A DNA stretch of 60,462 nucleotides, the filler included, from Welwitschia mirabilis (taxonomy: Eukaryota): the NCBI GenBank assembly GCA_051453625.1. It is 2 parts of one record of this genome, joined end to end, with 100 filler letters (N's around TTAATTAATTAA, not from the genome) between each part and the next. Parts side by side here need not be neighbours in the genome. Positions count along the whole stretch, not along the records: positions 29,823 to 60,462 come from JBOZIK010000001.1; 1 more part is not named here. One strand, 5' to 3'. Below, one piece after another: positions 52,601 to 60,462 of the stretch. The notes below the pieces were generated by a model. It searched no databases, was not told the DNA's origin, and was given only the letters and a program-made list of their open reading frames with translations. A program made the translations under genes and the position numbers. Position 1 is the stretch's first letter, and the number at the start of each line of letters is the position of its first letter.

Positions 52601-55600
52601 CTATATGGATATTTAGGGGTTTAATAATGTAAGATGGTGTACCTAAACATTGTGGTCATGGGTAATCTTTTAATGTTAACCTAGGTTGTTGATTGTAAAA
52701 AAACATTTGAGTTAAAACCAAATTGAAAATGGGATTAAAAATGTTGGAATGAAGGATGAGGGTTTTATCTATGAGTTGAAATATTTATTTTATTACGTTC
52801 TTCTTATGGTATTTCTCTTGAATTGATCTTAGGGAAATATCTACCTTTGTTTTTAGTATTAGGGTTTAGGTTTGGAGTAGGAAAGGTTCCATGGACTTTA
52901 CCATTAGATTTTTGTCATTAGGTAATGTAAGATTTTAGAATATTGATGGTTGATAAGATATTTCAAAAGTCAAAAAATGTCTAAAATGTAAGTTTCAGAA
53001 GATTTTAGGATGTTTTTAAAGAAAAGGACATGGACCTAGTTAGATAGTGAAGTAGCACTAGCATTCCACAAGGAAAAGGAGCAAGAAAAGTATGAGGTAA
53101 AAACAAGGAAAAAAATATAAGTGCTAATGTAAACGAGAAAAACCTGATAGAACTATGGGTATATTGGATGAAATGCAAAAATCCTAAAATATGGTAAATG
53201 ATAAAAAGACATGATGCAATGCAAGAATTAAAAAATAATGTAGTATTAAATAGAAAGAAAATAGGCTTCTTTGACATCTTCAATGTCTTCAAATCCTATG
53301 AGAAGGGACAGAGAGAAATAGAAAGAAATAAAAGTAAAACAAGACAAAACCTTAAAAAATTATGTTAGTCCTATACAAAAATTGGTATATCTATGAAAAT
53401 ATTAAAGTTAAATAAAACTTGTAGGAAAGGAAAATAGGACCAATTTGAATACCACGAAAGATATACTACTCACAAGAAATTTATTCAAATGTAGAAGCAC
53501 TACAAGAGAACTAGTATAACAGAAATAAAAAATGCTGAAAACATAAAGTAAAAGAAAAAGAAAATTAAAAGGGCACTAGAATGAAACCTGGATAAAAATA
53601 AAGAAATGGAAAAGGCTCAGTTCAAGTTCCACTTAAAAAGAATAATACCATCCACATGAACAAGAAAAATAAAGAAAAGAGCACTCAAAACATACTAGTA
53701 TGAAAGAAAATAAATGAAATTAATAGAAAGAGAAAAGAATAGAAATAAAATTTTTTGTGCAATTCTACTATGGNNNNNNNNNNNNNNNNNNNNNNNNNNN
53801 NNNNNNNNNNNNNNNNNNNNNNNNNNNNNNNNNNNNNNNNNNNNNNNNNNNNNNNNNNNNNNNNNNNNNNNNNATGAATTTTACCATTAGATTTAGGTTA
53901 TGAGTTCATGTAAGATTTTAGAATATCAGTGGTTGATAAGATATTTTAAAAGTCAAAAAATGTCTAGAATGCAAGTTTCAGAAGATTTTAGGATGTTTCT
54001 AAAGAAAAGGATGTGCACCTAGTTAGATAGTGTAGTGGCACTAGCATTTCACAAGGAAAAGGAGCAAGAAAAGTATGAGATAAAAATGAGGAAAAAATAT
54101 ATAGGTTAAAGTGCTAATGTAAATGAGAAAAACTAACAGAACTAGGGGTATGTTGGATGAAATGCAAAAACCTTAAAATATGGTAAATGATAAAAAAACA
54201 TGATGCAATGCAGGAATTAAAAAATAATATAGTATTAAAAGTAAAGATGCAATGTAGAAAAAAAAGAAAGAAAATAGGCTTCTTCCACATCTTCAATATC
54301 TTCAAATCCTATGAGAAGGAAAAGAGAGAAATAAGGAGAAATAAAAGGAAAACAATAAAAACCCCTAAAAAATGTATTAATCCTATACAAAAATTGATAT
54401 ATCTATGAAAATGTTAAAGTTAAGTAAAACTTGTAGGAAAAGAAAATAGGACCAATTTGGATACCATAAAAGATACACTACTCATGAGAAATTTATTAAA
54501 ATGTAGAAGCACTACAAGAGGCCTAGTATAATAGAAACAAAAAATGCTAAAAACATAAAGTACTAGAAGGAAAATGCTAAAATAAAAATAACCAAAAAGA
54601 AAAATAAAAAATAAAAAAAGAAAATTAAAAGGGAAGTAGAATGGAACCTGTATAAAAATAAAGAAATGAAAAAAGGATTAGTTCAAATTCCACTCAAAGA
54701 GAACTTAATACCATCCACATGAAAAAGAAAAATAAAGAAAAGAGCACTCAAAATAGACTAGTATGAAAGAAAATAAACAAAATGAATAGAAAGGAAAAAG
54801 ATTAGAAACAAAAATTTTTGTGTGATCCTACTATGGTTACCATGCCATTATTCCTAGAAAAGGTGCTAAAAAGCTATTGTGATGAAGTTTTTGCTATGCT
54901 TTTTATTAATGTAAATGTTATGAGTATGAGAGTTATCCTAGGGTATAAATCTAGGGAAAAAAAAATCCAACTTTTATAAATACAACTATTACTTTCATTT
55001 GAAGTGTAGCCCTAGTGTTGTTATTTCTAAGGGATAAATGCACTAATAAAAATAGTAAAGCCTTGCATAAACCAGATCTATAACTGTCATAAAATGATTC
55101 CATATTACAAGATCATAAAGAAGAAATTTGTTGTTAATCAAATAGAGTCAGTTAGAGATAAAGCATAACCTCAAGATCTAGCACGAAAATAGAAGTAATA
55201 AGTAAACTCTTTAATGAAAATAGACTTGTTTTATAGTTGTTTCTCAAGCTTGGGTGAACACTCTAGGTTTACTTATTTTTCATAACCTATACAAAAGCAT
55301 GCAAAGTAGCATATTATTCCAAAATAACATCAAATGATAGTAAACCAAGAACTAAGATTAACACAAAAGATTCATCCAAAANNNNNNNNNNNNNNNNNNN
55401 NNNNNNNNNNNNNNNNNNNNNNNNNNNNNNNNNNNNNNNNNNNNNNNNNNNNNNNNNNNNNNNNNNNNNNNNNNNNNNNNNCATATTATTCCAAAATAAC
55501 ATAAAATGATAGTAAACCAAGAACTAAGATTAACACAAAAGATTCATCCAAAAAATCCTATATAGTGGACATGCAGTAACAAGTGGAATGGAAAATTGGG

Positions 55601-55750
55601 ATAATCAGCAAAAAGTGGAAGGGAAAAATGTGTATATGATTGACTTACTACTAAAGTTGTTACATAAACCTTTACCCATGACCTTTTTCTTAGGGGCATA
55701 TATGTGGATAGAAATTCTTAACAGACACTCCAATCCTTATCATACATTAT

Positions 55751-58700
55751 TGTTGCAATGTTAATTTGTGGGAATTTGATGGTGTATTTTAAGTAATTTT
55801 GTAGGAAATTAATATAGGTTTAGATGCAATTTTGATGATTATAGAGAATCGATAATATGTTCACCGAAACATGCAATTATTAACATATTTGGAGGAATCT
55901 TAAGCTTATTTTGATACTTCAGATTAACCATGTCAAAGACTAATTTCCCTTTAAGCTAGAAGATAGAGAGGCTTGTCATCCCCTTGGTCATCTCCACGAC
56001 AGACAAGATGATAGCACTGCTAACATGGATTGAATCTGCGAAGTTGACTGTGAGGCCTAAAGCTAATGGATCACCTTTTACTTTAGAGTACCATACCCAT
56101 TATTGTCCCCCGATGCTCAGAAGAATACCTATTTTTATAAGAATAGAAAGAATTATCTTTGTAATGGGGTTATGCAACCCATGTGGATTGCTAGGGTTTC
56201 TTCTCCTACTCTTAGGGTTGTGCTTCTAGAACTTCAATGTAAAACTATAAATACCCTTCCTTTCCTTCACTTCCATTTCCATCNNNNNNNNNNNNNNNNN
56301 NNNNNNNNNNNNNNNNNNNNNNNNNNNNNNNNNNNNNNNNNNNNNNNNNNNNNNNNNNNNNNNNNNNNNNNNNNNNNNNNNNNNNNNNNNNNNNNNNNNN
56401 NNNNNNNNNNNNNNNNNNNNNNNNNNNNNNNNNNNNNNNNNNNNNNNNNNNNNNNGAGGCTTGTCATCCCCTTTGTCATCTCCATGATAGCTAGGATGAT
56501 AGCACTATTGACATGGATTGAATCTGCAGAGTTGACTATGGGGCCTGAAGTTGATGGATTACCTTTTGTTGTGAGTATCATTTCCATTGTTGTCCCTACA
56601 ACACCCAAAAGAACATCTATTTTTATATGGATAGAAAGAATTATCTTTGTGATGAGGTCATGCAATCCATGTGGGTTGCTAGGATTTATTCTTCTACTCT
56701 TAGGGTTATGCTTCTAGAACTTCAATTTAAAACTATAAATACCATTCCTTTTCTTCACTTTCATTTTTATCTTTTGTACTAGATATCTTTGTGATGGAAG
56801 ATTGAAGGACAAGAGATCCATCTAGTAGTTATAGAGAGAAGATTATCTTGGTGTTAGGATGAGTATCTTCCATTGAGGTACTACTATTTTGTTGTAAGTC
56901 GATGTTAAATTGATGATTAATTCAAGAACTCTTTTTACTCCTATTGTGTAAATGACCCTTATGGTTTAAGTTGATAACAATTTGGTGATAATTCGATAGA
57001 TTATTTAGATCATAAAAGCAACCTCAATTAAGTTTAACTTTATTAGTTTAGATTTTGCATTACATTCTATTTCATTTAATTTCCATATCTGCATTATCCA
57101 TATTGTTTTTGGCATATCTTATAGTTTATTTTGGTTAGAAAGAAGTGATAGAACTCTTTCTAATTGATCTAAGAATTAATTCTTATAACAAGAGGATTAG
57201 AATCTAAATAGGTTCACTACACTTGCATTTCATTCATTGCATTTCATCATCTTCATTTTGCATTTTTGCATTATTATTTAATTCTCTAACTTCTAGCTTA
57301 ATTTCTTTAATGAATTATGACATTCAAGTTAACTCCCATCTATATTAGTATGTGTTTTTTCTAAGTATTGTGATTTATAGGTTTTGCTTAAGGACTTAAA
57401 GATTGCATAAATTCCACTATAATATTTTAGCGTTATTACTGGGGAAGGCCGTAAGGAACTGGAGTATTATCACTATCCAGATAAGTGCCTTGAATTTCAA
57501 CTCAAGTTATTTATTTCAAATAGTACTATATTTTTAGTATGGTTTAGTAGGTTTATTTCAGCAATTTTTACTTTCCGTAGTTTTAAAAATCACTGTTGTC
57601 CTTTCTATTATTCTCATGACATTAGGAATGATAGTCATAAATTTTTGAATTTATTTTCTTTTTTACAAATTTTCATCTTCTCTATTGTCCCCAGAACAGT
57701 CTAGATGATAGTCTGGTTCTCTAGTTGTGGCAATTTTTGTCTGACTTTAGTTTTCTACTATTGTGATCATCATCCCTTTTATTATCCCCATGACCAAGTG
57801 GACGACTATCAGTTGTTTCTAATTTTAGTTTTTATTTTTTATCTAAAGTATGCAAGGACATGGTAAATTCTAGTAGAAAGACAAAATATTAGAGAGAGTA
57901 GAACCTGATTGAAGAAAATATCAGAGGAGGATACTCACATTCCAGGTATGCAAATTGCAAGAATTAAAGAAGAGGATTTTTCTACTTTTATTATTTAAGA
58001 ATTAGATTTTGCAAAATAAAATTGTGAAAATAATAGCATAGAAGCAAATCATATCATTTCTTTCTCATCTATGTAAAAATCCTCTAAAAAATAAAAATAG
58101 GTCACTTCATCTAATATGCCAATCATGATAGGAACTTCAACTTCAAATGAAAATGTTACACTTAGAGATTTAATTGCTAATAGAAAATGTAAAATCCAAA
58201 ATCCTTTCAATTTACTTGCTAGTAATGACATAGAATTAAGAAACTTGAGTGCCTATCCAACATTTTTAGGGGTGCCTAAGAAAGACCCTTTTCAACATCT
58301 AACCGAAATTGAACAACTTATTCTTACCTCAGGTAATGGGAAGAAATGCATTACTGATTATATTTACATGATTATCTTTCTAGTCATACTTAGAAGAAAG
58401 GCAGAAATTTTGGCATAAAACCATTTCANNNNNNNNNNNNNNNNNNNNNNNNNNNNNNNNNNNNNNNNNNNNNNNNNNNNNNNNNNNNNNNNNNNNNNNN
58501 NNNNNNNNNNNNNNNNNNNNNNNNNNNNCCTGAGGAAGACCCTTTTCAACATCTAGCTAATATTGAATAACTTGTGCTTACCTCAAAAAGTGGAAAGAAA
58601 TGCATTAGTGATTATACTTACATAATTATTTTTCTATTCATACTTAGAGAAAAGATAAAACTTTGGCTTAAAACCATTCTACATAAGAGTCTTAGATCAT

Positions 58701-60462
58701 GGAGTCAAGTGCAAGAAGTTTTTATTAAAAGATTTTTGAGTGAAAGTACCATGAGAGAAAGAAGGACATCACCAACTTTCAACAAGAACCTTACAAGCAT
58801 TATGCCATAACATATGAACATTTTATCATAGTTACTCATTTGACCATTATGGATGAATTTCATAAAGAAGAATTGGTAGATTATTTGTATAGTGGATTGA
58901 CTAGTTAAAATAAACAAGTTGTAGACTTTTCTTGTGATGGAAACTTAATGAACTTAGTCTTGAAGGATGCATGGAATGTGTTGGAAAATCTAGTAGAGAT
59001 AAGTCAAACTCTGCCTAAATCCACTAAGGAACTTAACCTGTAGGATAAATCATAAAAGATTTAAAGNNNNNNNNNNNNNNNNNNNNNNNNNNNNNNNNNN
59101 NNNNNNNNNNNNNNNNNNNNNNNNNNNNNNNNNNNNNNNNNNNNNNNNNNNNNNNNNNNNNNNNNNNNNNNNNNNNNNNNNNNNNNNNNNNNNNNNNNNN
59201 NNNNNNNNNNNNNNNNNNNNNNNNNNNNNNNNNNNNNNNNNNNNNNNNNNNNNNNNNNNNNNNNNNNNNNNNNNNNNNNNNNNNNNNNNNNNNNNNNNNN
59301 NNNNNNNNNNNNNNNNNNNNNNNNNNNNNNNNNNNNNNNNNNNNNNNNNNNNNNNNNNNNNNNNNNNNNNNNNNNNNNNNNNNNNNNNNNNNNNNNNNNN
59401 NNNNNNNNNNNNNNNNNNNNNNNNNNNNNNNNNNNNNNNNNNNNNNNNNNNNNNNNNNNNNNNNNNNNNNNNNNNNNNNNNNNNNNNNNNNNNNNNNNNN
59501 NNNNNNNNNNNNNNNNNNNNNNNNNNNNNNNNNNNNNNNNNNNNNNNNNNNNNNNNNNNNNNNNNNNNNNNNNNNNNNNNNNNNNNNNNNNNNNNNNNNN
59601 NNNNNNNNNNNNTACAAGACCTCCTATCCATGAGGTCTCAACTTCCAAAAGCAATAAAAAAAGTAATGAAGAAGATGATGTAGAAATTTTGGACTCATAT
59701 GACTTCCCATCAACATCACATGCTAAGACCACCACTAAAATTCTTCATAAGAAAACAAAAGAAAGAAATCATCTACTCCTTGGCTTGATAGGTTAAACAC
59801 AAATCCTACCTATGAGGAGTATTTAAAGACCTTGATGTAAGAGGTAAATATCAACTTATCTTTTTGGAAATTCTTATAAGAAAATCCTAAATATTTTAAG
59901 TTGTAAAAAAAATCTAGTAAGAAGAAAATAAAAACATACCATTTCTAGTAACGTTTTTGTTGTTCAATCTATTTCCAACTTAGTCATGAAAAAGTGTCCT
60001 AAATTTAAAGAATCTAGAGCAGTAAAAATTAGTATCACATTGGAAGGAAAAAAGAGAATTTGAAAAGCTTTAATTAACATAGGAGCTAGTGTAAACATCA
60101 TGTCTCTTCACATATGTAAAAGACTCAGGCTAAAAAATAGAATAGAACCTACACAAATAATTTTGGAATTNNNNNNNNNNNNNNNNNNNNNNNNNNNNNN
60201 NNNNNNNNNNNNNNNNNNNNNNAAAACCTTTAGAGATTATCAAAGACCTAGTCATCTAAATAGAGGAAGCTTTTTACCCCATAGATGTAGTCATCATTCA
60301 GGTAGAACATGATGTAGGTTATTTACTACTCTTAGGATGAGAATTTTATGCAACTGTCCACTACATCATTGAAACATGGACTGAAATGATGGAATTTCAT
60401 ATACGAAATAAGAAGTTTAACATTTAAGTATTTGATGTTAATGAAAAAAAAATATGAGATGA
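55751..60462 (+). mobile_element. Family B Athila element: 5' LTR B4, PBS, decayed gag and protease; continues past the window
   Basis: LTR 55751-57424; PBS-like TTTTAGCGTTATTACTGGGGAA; gag pieces YPTFLGVPKKDPFQHL and LREKIKLWLKTI...SWSQVQEVFIKRF (58.1-58.8 kb); protease PKFKESRAVKISITL...ALINIGASVNIMS at 60067 (catalytic D>N). Confidence 0.85.

Larger units (their letters stand above)
23679..55750 (-). mobile_element. Athila-type Gypsy element family C hosting nested insertions
   Basis: 3' LTR 23679-24853 (duplicate 25313-26534) with PPT on the minus strand (gttaagggag|TGTTAACA). Second LTR copy from about 54876 with a PBS-like site on the minus strand (TTTTAGCACCTTTTCTAGGAA), gag remnant near 52.1-52.6 kb, and interruption at 55750 by a family B insertion. 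Confidence 0.65.

Noticed and set aside
135..60312. Long ORFs in the track containing X runs
   Set aside because: Length comes from N gaps; only the gag-like flanks at 778 and 58 kb have independent support.

Overview
AT-rich land-plant nuclear scaffold with many N gaps; no prokaryotic genes, rRNA, tRNA or CRISPR seen. Two host-gene fragments are supported: the last three coding exons of a Sec14/SFH-like gene (+, 3435-4075) and three intact internal exons of a DUF726/TMCO4-like gene (-, 35418-37750). The rest is old nested transposon debris: three Athila-type Gypsy LTR families (labelled A, B, C here), two Copia gag remnants, a decayed LINE, non-autonomous hAT elements with 8-bp TSDs and a tRNA-derived SINE. 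The most notable structures concern assembly. There is an artificial TTAATTAATTAA linker at 29767, diverged duplicates on both sides of most gaps, and a 12.5-kb block carrying the DUF726 exons that sits between two LTRs that appear to belong to one insertion (misassembly more likely than transduction). I could not support a genuinely new biological system; the best candidates are conserved structured motifs in the Athila elements and one unexplained coding-like segment. All identities are by-eye estimates.
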